Shown: positions 1-13,800 of the stretch, piece by piece
How the letters are laid out: each line of letters begins with the position of its first letter
Numbering within the stretch: position 1 is the first letter of the stretch
NCBI RefSeq assembly: GCF_037042905.1
Contig: NC_087247.1
Span: 13,144,001-13,208,000, forward strand
Direction: 5' to 3'
DNA from: Lytechinus pictus
Taxonomy: Eukaryota
DNA length: 64,000 bases
Program-made: the position numbers and the translations under genes
Notes under the pieces: generated by a model
What the model was told of the DNA's origin: nothing
Database searches by the model: none
What the model saw: only the letters and a program-made list of their open reading frames with translations

Positions 1-334
1 GCAGCATATCCAACCAAGCCTTGATGCATTGGAATATTTTATACATACCTGCCCTGTAGACAGGGTTTTCAATTAGGGGGTGTAATCCCTTCTCTCTTCC
101 CTTTTCTTATTCTTTTCATCTCCTATTTTGACAATTTCAGGGGGTTCGATTGAACCCTGAACTTTGGGCATACTTACAATTTTGGGGGTTGTTTTTTAAT
201 TCTCGATACTATTAATATTATTAAATATAAACAGTATTCATTTTTCGTATCATAGACATAAAGAATCAAATATGTTATTCCAAACAAACATTCTCAACTT
301 TTTAATTATTTCTTTTGATTTTGTTTCCTTCAAG

Positions 335-3300
335 TTCAACCCAATGTCAGGTCCAATTGGTGGGCGTACCAGGTTAGAAGTCATCGGAACTGATATAGGA
401 GTGGTATTTGAGGATGTTCTCCAAATTCATATTCAAGACTTGGAATGCGATAAGACTGACATGGATGAATATTACCAGGCAGGACAGAGGTAAATCTCAT
501 GTTTTACTCTCTACTTTTTCCCTTTTCCATTACTCTATAGTGGGCGTTGTGGCCCAGTGGATTAGCCTCAGGACTTTCAAACAAAGGGTCGTGGGTTCAA
601 ATCCCAGCCATGGCTTGGTTTCCTTCAGCAAGGTGAGGTACCTGGTAGGAATTAATGCCTTCAAATGTGTGTGCACGGTAAGTAATTGAGGCCTCCAAGC
701 CAAAGCCAGGGTGATAACATCCATGTCCTTTCGAAGCACATAGAGATGTTATATTCAAATAACAAAATAAATCTGAAAGTTAATGCTTTCTTTCTTTCCA
801 ATCAAATGTTTATTCAAAGTTTGATACTCACATTTTTGACGTCCCCTACATTGTCATCAGGAGTAAATGACAATGATTAGATCAATCATAATAAAATGTT
901 TTGAATAAACATTTGATTGGCAAAAAAAGCATTAACTTTTAGATTGGTGTTTTTTTATGTATTACTGAGGTTATGAAGATTTGAATCAGTGATAGGATAC
1001 ACCATCACATGATCATAGCTGTAAGAATCGCATTTCTCGGTTTAGAAATCACCTCAGTGAATATAACTGCATTTTATTGTAAACTGCTACTTTATATTGC
1101 AAGGAGGTGACGTCACCCACTGCTTATAAGTAATCAGGTAGATTTATTGGGATTGCTCTGAGGAACTTTTGATTTTAATAGGCTCCTCCTATTTATTTTC
1201 TTCCCCCCCCCCCCATTTATATGAATAAAGATAGATGTAAACTGAAATGTATGGATTTTTTTCTTTACTTTTACTTTTCTCAATGGTGCATCAGGCCTTC
1301 TAAATGGATAAGAAAGGCAATGAAGTCAAAGAACTTTAACTGTGTGATGAAAATGAGCTGTATTTGTCTCATTACACTCAATGTTTTTGTGTTTGTTTTC
1401 CAGTGTAAGTTGCATGACAAGTATATCTACTGAAGTATTATCAGAACCCATTGGAATCACTGTGATGTCAGGTAATGGAAATAAGACTGGGCAAAGCACT
1501 CAAGATTTTCAGTACAGGGTAAGTTTGATTTTGTTTGCTTGTTTTCTTTTATTTGCATGGCAAGTATATCAACTGAAGTATAATCAGCACCAATTGAGAT
1601 CACAGTGATATCAGGTAATATACATGTAGATAGCACAGAGCACAAGACTTTCAATATAGGGTTAGTTATGTTATATGAAATATCACATTGAAATGATTGC
1701 TGTTTGTGTGTGTGTTTTTTAATCCTGATCACTCTAAAAAATATTAGGTAAAAATGCTCCATGAGGGTTATTACGTATCCAACCAACATTGGGCACTTCT
1801 TTCGGGCATTTTTATTTATCCAGTGGGATGAAAATTTTGCCCATTCTAAAGTAATTGCTGCTTATTTTTTAACCTTACTGGACAATATGCTTCCCCCATT
1901 GGGTAAAATACTGCCCCAATATTGGTTGGACACATAATTACCCTTATGCTTGTTAAAATTTTACCAAATATTTTTTACAGGGATGAAGGTCATAAGGATA
2001 TAACATTTGGTACAATTTGATTATCCCTGGGGGTATTTCGCAAATAGTTAATATGTGACTGTTAAATTTCTAGTTGCGTGCGGTATAGAAAGCATCATGG
2101 CATTGGTCAAATCATGCTAAGATGACGCGTGCCACTGCTTATTAATCAACGAGATTGCGCGGTACATATCATGTGCATTCCAGCATTTAAGCATGACTCT
2201 AATGGAGTGCTGCAAGAAACTTCAATTGCAGGTCTTTTTTTCGGTCCCTAAATCAATCATATGTCTTGTAATTAATTGTAAAGTTGTGATTGATTGCTGA
2301 ACAGCTTCTTGCAATAAGTAGTGTAATCTGATTGGCTACGGATAAAATTTATACGTTGATTTTAAATTCCAACAAAATTTGCAATGGATTGCAAACATTT
2401 TCTTGCAACACCCCCTAAGTCATTCTTAACTCTTTGTGAAACCCTCCCCCCCCCCCTATCCTTTTCAGATGTTACAATTCCATTTCTTATTTGTGTGATA
2501 CATTTTTTTGCATAAAATCACCCATGCTCCTAAATTTTATTTAAGTTCATTTCTGGTGTACATGTAATGCATGTATACTTTTATTATTTGAACGTTTTAT
2601 TTTCAGATTTCATCATGACTGAATTTATTTATGCTATTTAGTACAGGGTTTGTTGCCATACATGTTTTTATTTGGGAAAAGAATTGAAAGATTTAAGGAA
2701 TCAGTGTGAATGTGGTTCAAAGATAATGTGATATATGTAAAAAAATATATTTGAAATGAAACATATATATATATACAATATTATTTTATGGTCTGTATTT
2801 AGGATCCTGCGTTAACAGGGTTTTACCCTATAGAAGGTCCAGTGGCAGGGGGTACAGAAGTCACAATAATTGGGGAGAACTTGGACACTGGAAGGGATAT
2901 TACAGCAAGATTCGGAGATGCAGATTGCAAAGTAATGTAAGTAAATCATTTTTAAAGAGGGTGTTTCATTCCGTTATTAAATCCACCTTATACTCATTAG
3001 TTGCTAAAGTCTGCATAAATCAACTTCAAAAGCTATTTTATTTTGGGGTAAAGAAATATTAAAGGGAGAGTAAAGTCACAAATCATGGGGAAATGAAGCC
3101 GTACAGAAATTTCAGAGATACTTTTTAACTTCCATGTTATAATCTGTCCCTTATGAGGGCCTGTCAGACTAATGTGATAAAATTTGGACAGTGCAAATTC
3201 AATCAACTCAGGATCTTCATTTACTTCAGGTTTTCAAAGTTTTCAACAACCCTAAGTACTCAAAAGATGCAGGACTTGAAAGAGAAAAAGTCATCAATCA

Positions 3301-4824
3301 CAGTTAGTTTTGGACAAAAATATTTTTAAACGGTAATAGGATGCAGAATGCTTTTGAAAATCCACATTTAAATGTTTGTGCCTGCCACTTTTGAAAAGAA
3401 ATATAGGATAATGCGTGGGTTTCTTATAGGTGAAATTTCATAAATAATAATAAAGTTTGTTTAAATGAGTTTTTAATTTCTTTTTTTTTAAGATGTACAT
3501 TCAATTCAATTCAAAATTTATTTCAATCAATCAATCATAAAAATACAGGTATATACAAATTAGATAAAAACATGGGATTGGGAGCCCCTGGAAGTTTTCA
3601 TTAAAAAAAAACTTGTGGGTGGGGCACCACCATGATACAATTAAATACAAATAACTATAAGACATACATAAAGAGTGAACAACAAATAACATTGAAATAC
3701 AATTATAAAAAAAGAGAGAAAAAAGAAACAATGGCTAATATAGGGGAAATAAACAAACAAGCAAATTAGAAGTAATAATTATAAATCATAGTGACCTACA
3801 GTGTGCTATTGGTAGGAGTTTTTATGCTGAGAGAAAAATTGAACTTTCAAAAGTTTTTTAAACTTATTTAGGGCTTTACTTTGTTTAATATCATTATTTA
3901 AATCATTCCAGAGCTTGATTCCGCTACAACGTAGAGAATTTTGGGTAATTTTTGTTTTTGGAAGATATTGGTGAAGATCTGCTAAATGACGCGTAAAATA
4001 TGAATGGTAAGAGGCATTTGTGTTGAAGAGATTATTAAAAATATTTGGCAAGAGATTTGAATGGTAATTGTACATAAATATATAAGTATACATAAGAGCC
4101 AAGTCACAAATTTTCAATATTTTATAATCAAGAAATAACTTGTTTGTGTGACTATTGAAGTGTGTATTACAAACTGTTCTTATTAACCTTTTTTGAATAA
4201 GAAATAATCTATGTAAATGTGTTTTGAATCCATTCCCCCATAACATACAGCAATAAGTGAGATGGGGTAAAACCAAAGTATTATAAAGTGAAATTAATAC
4301 ATGTCTGGGTAAAATAAACTTCAGTTTGTTGAGGACACCAGTACTTTTTGATAAACGAGTGCATAAATCATCAATATGAGGTTTCCAGGATAGAAATTCA
4401 TTTATCTTGATACCTAAAAAATTGATATTTGATACCTGGGAAATAATATTGCCATCCATAATAACTGGAGGAATGTCAGTACCAATTTTTTTAGTTTGTG
4501 TTTTAAATAGTACAAATTTAGTTTTTTCAAGGTTCAGTGACAGTTTATTGCATTGAAGCCAGACGACGACTTCACGAAGTTCAATATTTATGGTGTTAAT
4601 AATATTTTTTTGAGAAAGAGTAATACTGGTATCATCACCAAAGAGTATGAAATTAAGAATTGAGGAACAATTTACAAGGTCATTGATATACAAACATATC
4701 TTACATACATATATGTAAGACCAAAAAAGATGATGAATAAGAGAAAGAATAGAGAAATAGGGGAGAGAGTGGGAGAGAATAAGAACAAAGGAAAGACAAG
4801 AGGCAGAAAGAGGAGAAGAATATT

Positions 4825-4858
<34 letters not shown>

Positions 4859-7800
4859 CAAGCATAAGAGAGTGCAAAAAATATAAGACATGTTAAGAAC
4901 TTAGGTCACAGAAAAAATATGTAATATGCCTTGTGAATTCTCTTTTTCAGCAATGTCGAAAGGACTTCTGCAATCTGCATGACAAGTGAAATAACTGAGA
5001 ATAACCAAGTTTCTGTAACGTTAACGATGGTGTTTGATGGAGTAGAAAGAGAATTCAATGGTTACCAGTTCTCCTACATGCCAAATCCAAGAATTGATGA
5101 CATTGATACCACAGCAACAATCATGGCGTAAGTATGACAGGATTCTTATTTGGTATTCATATGTATTTCATATTTTTCAGTTTTCAGAAATTCGAAATTG
5201 AAGATTAAAATGAAATAAGATTCAGAATGACATTGGAAACTGAAGAATAATAGGATGTAGAGTGAGAAACTTGTGGCATTTTAAATATTTGAAGTTTTTC
5301 ATAAGCAGGATGTATTATCAGTAAGCTGTTGATTTGATTCAATTCAATTCAGGTTTATTGCAAAAAAAACATGATTGGCAGTCACAGACTGAATTGTACA
5401 TGTTTACACAATGCCAGTATATAAAAATAATCAAAATTACTAAGATAAACAATGATTATACAAATTAAAATTACATATGTGCAGTTAAAAATGGAGTTGA
5501 AATGGATAAAAAAGTATAGATAATACGATATTGCACATTCATTACACAAATTGCAAACTTATTTACCATGGTACTTATTTAATAATCTTGTCAGACTTGG
5601 AAGAGTACTGTTCTGAAATCTTTTTGTTTTACATGGAATCTCCCTATATTTATTTATATGTCGTAAATTGAAAGCGTTTGTTTTCAGTGGAGGTAACCAG
5701 TTTTTGTACAATCGATTCATTTCTAACTTTAAAGCGAAATCTGTGGTAGGTTTTACTCTTCGACTTTCAAGTGATGTCATTCTTATATGCCTGTACATAT
5801 GTTATTTGTATAGAAAATGTGAATCATTTGACTTAGGATTATTTTCTTTGCATCTAACTCACATCCCCCCCTTCACCTATTATATCGTGGTATGACATTC
5901 ATAAAACAGTGAGCATGCTGATGTACATATATTAATTCATGTAAATGTGGTGATTTATCAGTTAATTGAGGCTAGTTCTGGCTATTCATAACTAAATGTT
6001 TGAACAATCACTAAACATATAGTTTACTGTCATGTTCATATCTTTTTAATGTAAATTTTATTGTTTCTTAATCAGAGGAGGTCTTGATATCATACTTACT
6101 GGTGACAGATTTGATCTGATCCAAGAACCGCTGATAGAAGTTACATCTCTTGCTACCAGTGCTAGCAATAGCGAGGTATGAAAGATTTGAGAAAATGTAT
6201 CAGTAATTTTAGTAGGTTATGATGTATTATTATGTTTCTCTTCTATTTTATGTTACCTGCCTCCTCCCTGAAAGCAATGAAGGCATTGATATTTTTGGTA
6301 CTTCTATCAGCATTTGGATTACTTGTCACAGATACATTGAGTGGGGCGGGGAGGGGGGATGGTGAACTCAATGTACTACAAGAAATCCTTTGGCCGAGCC
6401 TGCTTAGCATGGGCAACTGTCAGGCCATGGAAAGTGAGATGACTTAGCCATAATGTATTTTCCACTGGTATCACAAAATGTCTGCTGGTCTCATTCTTAT
6501 ATGGGGGATTTATATCCAAATGGGGTTTTATAATTCCCTATGAAAACAAATATTAATATCCCTTCAATTCCCTAATCTTATCTGTAGAAGTTATAAATTT
6601 TTTAGTTCAAACAAGTGGTCATTAAACTGAAAATTTCACATGTATTTTTTGTAATCCTTGAAGCTCTGCAACGGAACTGCCACCATTCTAATATGTCCCA
6701 CACCAAGTTTTCCTGATAACGATTCTAGTTCGACCAGAAAGAGAAGAGCACCAGATTCAATGACAGCCAACCTAACCTTTGACTTTGATGGTTACATCAT
6801 TGATGGCGGTACAATAGAATACTTCCCAGATCCTGTGTATTACAGCTTCAGTGCAGACGGTGCAATATATAGCAGTAAAAACCAGCGACTTGAAATTAAT
6901 GTGAGTGTCACGTCTTTTCTTCAGTCCCAATGACATACATTTGTGATATGGTGTTTTGCTTTCCATGGATTGAAAAGTTAAATCTTCATTTACATATGCA
7001 CATTTATAATCGTTTTAAAACTTAAACAATTTTATTGACTCTCTCTATTGTGTAAAACTTGGATGCCTTAGAGTATGTAATGAACAGTGGGCAAAAAGAG
7101 AAAGGTTTTTATATTGATGAATGGCATTTAGATTTACTTATTTGAGTTCAATAATTATTCCTCAGTGATTACATTCATCGGTAGCAAGATAAACTTGCTT
7201 TTGAGATATGAGAGCATTTTGAATAAATTAGTTTATTAACAGCAAAGTATCAGAATACACTGTCAAAAGCAGTGATGTAAAATGCTAAGGATAAAACGTT
7301 TTCCTTCTTTTTTTTTAAGGTGGGGGATGTAACTCTAAGTTGGGTACCATACATTAGCTCAGAGTTTCATAAAAGAAGAAATTACAGTTATATATTTTTT
7401 TCATTAAAGGGCATGAATTTAGACTTGGCGAGTACAGAAGATGATGTGCAAGTTTTCTTAGGACCTGATGGGGAGTGCAATGTTGATTTTCTAAAAGTTG
7501 ATATCCTGGGTTGTCAGCTACCAGAAACCCAACCTCAACCAGGATACTTGAATGGAACGCAGGGTGCCGGAGGTACAAGGAATCTTCCAGCTGTAACAGT
7601 AAGAAAATAGCTTATAATTTTAAGTTTACTCATGCACTAGAAATTTGATGTGGAAGTAGATCATTCATTTTGTTTAAGTTTAGTGGTAACCAAAGTAATA
7701 TCTTTATTTTTGCAGCATGGAAGAGCTTTGCACCAATTTTTTTTCCACACATTTCTCACATTTGCAGAAAGCTGCGGAAAAAATTGCATAAATCGAAAGT

Positions 7801-10800
7801 GTTTTCATCAGAAATATTCCTCAAAGGATGCAATTATCAGCTTATCACATTAAAGACATTGGTTGGTTATTACTATTAAAGGTGCATCTTTTGTGCAGCA
7901 ATCCAAATTTCTTGTATATGTCTTTAATTGGCCTTGGCCTTGTGTTTTTTATGCCTTGACCTTGGCCCCAAGTTTTTTTTTTACATGCCCTGGGTTTGCC
8001 CTTGAGGGTTTATCTTGACAGTGAAACATACACCTTAAAGCAACTGTCAAAGCATGACAGTTCTTTCTGTGACATCACTCTTAATATTGAGGAAGATTAA
8101 AAAGTGAATATTTGCATGCAACATTTACAATGGTGTAGATAAACTACACCATGTTTATCTGTATATTAATTCTTTAACTGTCTACTTAGATTCTACATGG
8201 GAACTTAGTATTTCATCCTGGCTTTGTTTCGGCATGGGCTTCAAATAATAATTCACAGTTGGCTGCTATAATATCTATAGCGGTTGTGGGTATCATTGTC
8301 ACCATCACGCTCATGGTTATTGTGCTTATATGGTTGAGGAAGAAACAACGTCTTGCTCAACGAGCCAAGGAGGAGGTAGAAATGGTTCGTAGTAACATCC
8401 TCAAGAGAATACAAGAAGGTTTGTATTATAATTATTTGTTTGATAATATATTTATCTATCTTTTATTAGATAATCACGGTGCTTTCTTCAGTGAGTAAAG
8501 AAAAAAAGCTTTTCAATAATAATAATGACAATAATAATATTTATATATAATCTCATGTTATATGTTAACCGATGCATTCTGAAAGTTCTGCCACCATTAT
8601 CACAGTCCTGGTATCTTTACATTTAAACTTAGGTTTCTCATTGTTTTTATATAATGAACCTACCAAACTTTGCATTTTGTTCTGTAACATTATGAATCTA
8701 TTGTATACATAATTTGTAATAAAATCTTTTTGTAGTTTTTTGTTTACTCAAATGCATATATCTGTATATTGATACTTTTCATTTTTAAGGGCCGGGCAAA
8801 AATAAAAACCAGAGTTTGTGCTCCCCTTTCTTTTCAAATCCATGGTGTGGAAGAAAACTTGGTCAGGATGCCATATTCATGCAGGGGCACAAACTTGAAA
8901 ATGTTTACATTAATTTTTTGGGGGAGTGCAACTTTACATGAGCTTGGTCTATATAATTTCTTCATGTGGCACATTAAATCTTTCTGGTTTCTTGTTTTAG
9001 TGTCAAACACGAGTTTGGACCTATCTGGAGCTGACGACAGGGTGCAGAAGCATGGGGTACCTTTCAGAGGACATGTCGACTATGTGACCATGATGTTGTT
9101 TAAAGGCTTAGGTGTTCATCCAGAAACAACTGACCCAGAGGTATGTCATAATAGAAAATAATACAATACATCAATAATTAGTGTTTATTCAACATATCAA
9201 TGTATATGCTACTAGTATTAATGTTAACAGACTGGAAGAATAGTTTGTAGATTTCCTTTCCTGTTAAAATATTACAAGGGGATAGAGTTTATGGTCAACA
9301 GAAAAATATCAGTAACCTTGCACTTTTAAGAAACAGTGTTTTTTATCTTGTGTGTTATCCCGGGGGGGCCACTTACATTGACGAGTGGATACCATGCGCG
9401 ACCAAAAAAACACGTAAAAAGGATGTCTTTTTCAAGATATGGCACGTTACGTACGTAACGTGATAAGGGTGTCAAAAACACAAAAATAATGAAAAAAGGG
9501 TATCTATTTCGCTAGGAAAGTTACGTGTTTAGGGTCAAATTAGCAGGAATGATAAAACAAAATTAAAACGTTTTATAAAAGATGTCCTTTTTGCCCCAAC
9601 ACTACCCTACGTGTTTAGAGTCCGATTTGCGCGAGGTGTGGAAGTGGGATCGTACTAAACCAAATAAAAACCGACGACCTAAGGACCCGTGACATAACAA
9701 TAAAATATTCCAGGGCCTACTTGTTTAGGGGCTCATTTCAGGGAATATTTGCCAAGGGTATCGTTTTGTTCCCAATACTTGTTAAGGGTAGGGTTTCACA
9801 CGCCAATACCTGTTAAGGGGTGCATTTTCAGAATATGGAAATTACGTGTTTAGGGTGCTTTTCAAGACCCCATGGTCGCGCATGGTATCCACTCGTCAAT
9901 GGAAGTGGCCCCCCCGGGTGTGTTATAAGTATTGTAGTTCTTCTGCCTGTTTTATGCATGGATGTGGCTGATTGATTGGTTGGTTGGTTGGTTGGTTGAG
10001 GGTGGGTGGGTTGGTGAGTGAGTGAGTGAGTGAGTGAGTGAGGGAGGGTGGGTTGGTGAGTGGGTGAATGAGTGAGGGAGGGAGGGTGGGTGGGTGAGTG
10101 AGTGAGGGTGGCTGGATGGGTTTGTGAGTGGGTGAGTGAGTGAGGGAGGGTGGATGTTTTGGTGAGTGGGTGAATGAGTGAGGGAGGGAGGGTGGGTGGG
10201 TGAGTGAGTGAGGGTGGCTGGATGGGTTTGTGAGTGGGTGAGTGAGTGAGGGAGGGTGGGTGTTTTGGTGAGTGGGTGAGTGAGTGAGTGAGGGAGGGTG
10301 GGTTGGTGAGTGGGTGAGGGAGGGTGGGTGGGTGGGTTGGTGAGTGGGTGAGTGAGGGAAGGAGGGTGGGTGGGTGAGTGAGTGAGAGTGGGTGGATGGG
10401 TTTGTGAGTGAGTGAGTGAGGGAGGGAGGGAGGGAGGGAGGGGGTGGGTGGGTGGGTGAGTGAGGGTGGGTGGGTTTGTGAGTGGGTGAATGAGTGAGGG
10501 AGGGAGGGAGGGTGGGTGGGTGGGTTAGTGAGTGAGGGAGGGAGGATGGGTGGGTGGGTGGTTTTGGTGAGTGAGTTTGAGTGAGTGAGTGAGTGAATGA
10601 TTTTATTTGGCAAGTCACCATAACATATTATGCACTAGCATTAAAAATAACACTATGGTAAATGGAGACTTGTATTCAAGAATCACATTTTTATTTGCAG
10701 GAAGATTGAAGATCAGGAAGATTTTAGTGAGCACTGTTATTTCCCTTAATTATGTCTTTGATGGATGAAAGCTTGTATACAAGCATTACATATTATTTTC

Positions 10801-13800
10801 ATTTGTAGTACATGGAAGACTTTATGGAACACTCTGTGATATCATTCTATCGTATGCTTAAGAAGAAGGACAATTTGATGGACTTCATCAGGCAATTAGA
10901 AAGAAAGAAAGAACATCATGGCCGTGAAAGGTATCAAAATTGTGATGCACTTCCAGACTTTGATTATACAAGTTTCTTAAGCCCTGTTTATCTTGTCGCT
11001 TATTCAAAGGCAAATAACAGCTTTTTAAAATTATTTTTTAAAACACAAGCTATGCTTTGGAGTGAATCCATTTATTTCCAGATATTGGCACTTCTCTAGT
11101 TGTGTACCGGTATGTGTATTATAAATTGTCAATAGAAAAGAATAACCTACGTGTACAAAATTTGTTAATATTCATTTGTATTATCAACTTGTTTCATATT
11201 TTTTCTGTTGGAAATGAAAGTACATGAACGTGAATTCGATTTTGAAAAGGTGACTATTATCCAAACTAATTTATTTTCTTCCTTTAACAAACTTCTTTAA
11301 TTGATATCAAAGGTTATAATGATATGGTGATGATGATAATTCTAGTTATTAATGATATAAGACCGATGATAATTATCTTAATTGTGATAATGACAATCAT
11401 GGTCATCATAATCTCCAGCATAGATGAAACGCTGTTGCTGGTACGTAACAATACGGCTAACATGTTATTTCACCACATTTTTAACAGTTATCTTTAAAAC
11501 CCTGTTTTGATCATGAATTTCTATTGAAAAGTGGGTTTGAGTCTCTAGTCCACTTGTTTTCGTTTGACAAATCACGACCCAAGCCCCTTCTGTTTATATT
11601 TATTTAGTTAGTTTGAGGCTAATTGATTTTTCTTCTAAACAGGGAAATCATAGCCTCTCTTTTGGCAATATCACTCATCAGCGAAGGAATGGCCATCCAT
11701 TTCACAGAGTAAGTCATTTTCTTATTAGTGGTTGAGATTAGAGTATCTGCAATTCAAAGATGTAGTGAAAATAAAGTCATAAGACCTGCAAGAGTACTAT
11801 TTTTAGCTCTAATTTCAGTGACAACTGGATTTTATGTTGAGGTGTTTCCTATAATTAAAATCATACCTGCTTATTATCATGAAAAAGTAAAAGGTGCTGG
11901 CTGAAATATGTTCTTCTGTCTTTCTAATTGTTCTCACACTTTTTATTTTTCTGTTATTTCTTTTTCTTCCTCTTCTGCTACTTATGTTTCTTTCTCCTCT
12001 TCTTCTTCCTTTCCTTCGTCATCTTTTTTTCTTCTTCCTATTCTTTTATTCCTTATTATTTACCTTTTTCAGTGTTTTGCTGTCATTGGTTGAAGATGAA
12101 ATCAGAAAAGCATCTGAATCCAGAAGACGGATGGATGCACTCTTCATCAAGTAACATTTTGGTTTATCACTATTTTCTCTTTTTAAAAGTTGATATGTTA
12201 TACTCTCTCCTTCTTTATGTATTTTATTAAATAAATTGCTTAAACTACAATCTGACACAGCAAATAGCCAATTGTAAATTAGGTTAGATCAGGGTACATT
12301 GCCGCTGCACGCTTGGGCTGCAGTAGCTTATGGTCTACATCAAGTTACACATATTTTCCCCTCTTATTAGTGAATTTGTGATTCTTAACTTAAACCTTTT
12401 TTTACAAGAGTGTAGGGAGTGGAGACGGTGCTCTTTATGTGTTGTCAATTTAGGTACTTGTGTAACAATGTTAAACACTCACAGGCATCATTCTGATCGA
12501 TGTACTAGTATTAAAGCATATAAGATATAAGTGTTGCCTCTGAAACCACCTGGGACCCGTAACACAAAAGTGAGTGATTAATAATCGTACGCTTGATTTA
12601 CACGATTGATCGCACATCGTTGTCAGTGCAATCAATTGTTAAAAAGTGTCCTACGATCATTGCGAAGCTTTGTGTTACGGGCCTTTGATGACATAGGTGT
12701 TATATTACTTTAGAGAAAAAGAGTTCATATTTTGAATAACATTCTATTTTCTTCACGTACGCAGCACGGAAACAATAACAGAAAGATTACTCAGCAGCTG
12801 GTTTGCCTTGGTTATGTTCTCTTACATGGAGGTAATTGCAGTGATTCTATAAAACGGAAAAGTATTTTCAAGAGGCACCATTGCAGACTTGCCAACTGTC
12901 CTGATTTTATCAAGATCATTTTGATTTTTTACTATAAAAATAGCCAAGAATCAGGCCATCCTGATTTCTGAAATTTCATGAGAGAAACAAAAAGTGGAAA
13001 GAATTGCTGGAGACCCATCCTCCCCCCCCCCTCCAGTCCTCAATACACCTCTGATTGCCCAGTCCGTAACCCTAGCTTGACATTCTATTTATTCATTTTA
13101 TTTATTTTGTCGAAAAAAACAGAAATAAAATGATAGAAAACAAACAGAAGAAATTTAAAAAAACAATATACAAAAGAAGTTGATTTTGGTACCAGATTTT
13201 TTTCCTTTCCTGTTGTTAGGAATGCTCTAAAAATATTTTGAAAATTAGTTTTCTAGGAGCTTTATTTAGAGAATTAGAGCAAAAAGTATGATTTCATGAA
13301 TAAATTAGCATAATAAATCATTTAAAAGAAAAATATATGAATTTAAAGGTTGTGCAATTTACCTAAGCAACAGCGTAGGTTATGTCATTTTGTACATTTG
13401 TGCAAATTTTCGTCATGATCACGCGATCCGCGGCAGAGATCTTAGTTGGGGCCTATAAGCTTACAAAATTATAGCCCAGGTAATTTAGGGTAAAGGGTTA
13501 AGTTGCTAAAATCCAGGAGCTTCAGGGGGCACTGCCCTCCTCCTGGCACTTTGTTGACCCCCTGGAACCCAGAGGGTTGTCCAAATTTTGCATTTTTCTA
13601 GTTGTTGGCAGGTATGCCATTGGTAAATTTGTATTTGCAGTGATTAAGTCTTCATGATGAAAATTTTTGAAAAACATCAATTTTCAATTGATTATCTTAA
13701 TGAAATGTAAATTCAACTGTGATGTTGTAATGAATTTTTGTTTTATAAATGAACATCACAACGGATTATTCTCCTTATATTAATGATAAATTGGAAATTT

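Noticed and set aside
335-8418. MET/RON receptor kinase as an alternative identity for the IPT+TM protein
   Set aside because: The cytoplasmic exons encode plexin GAP and RBD motifs and no kinase motifs
9828-10621. 261-aa and 232-aa H/P/S/T-rich minus-strand ORFs
   Set aside because: Artefacts of a tetranucleotide microsatellite
11894-12072. Hydrophobic F/L-rich ORF segments resembling membrane proteins (also at 47800-48279)
   Set aside because: CT-rich low-complexity intron sequence; only 12073-12150 is a real exon
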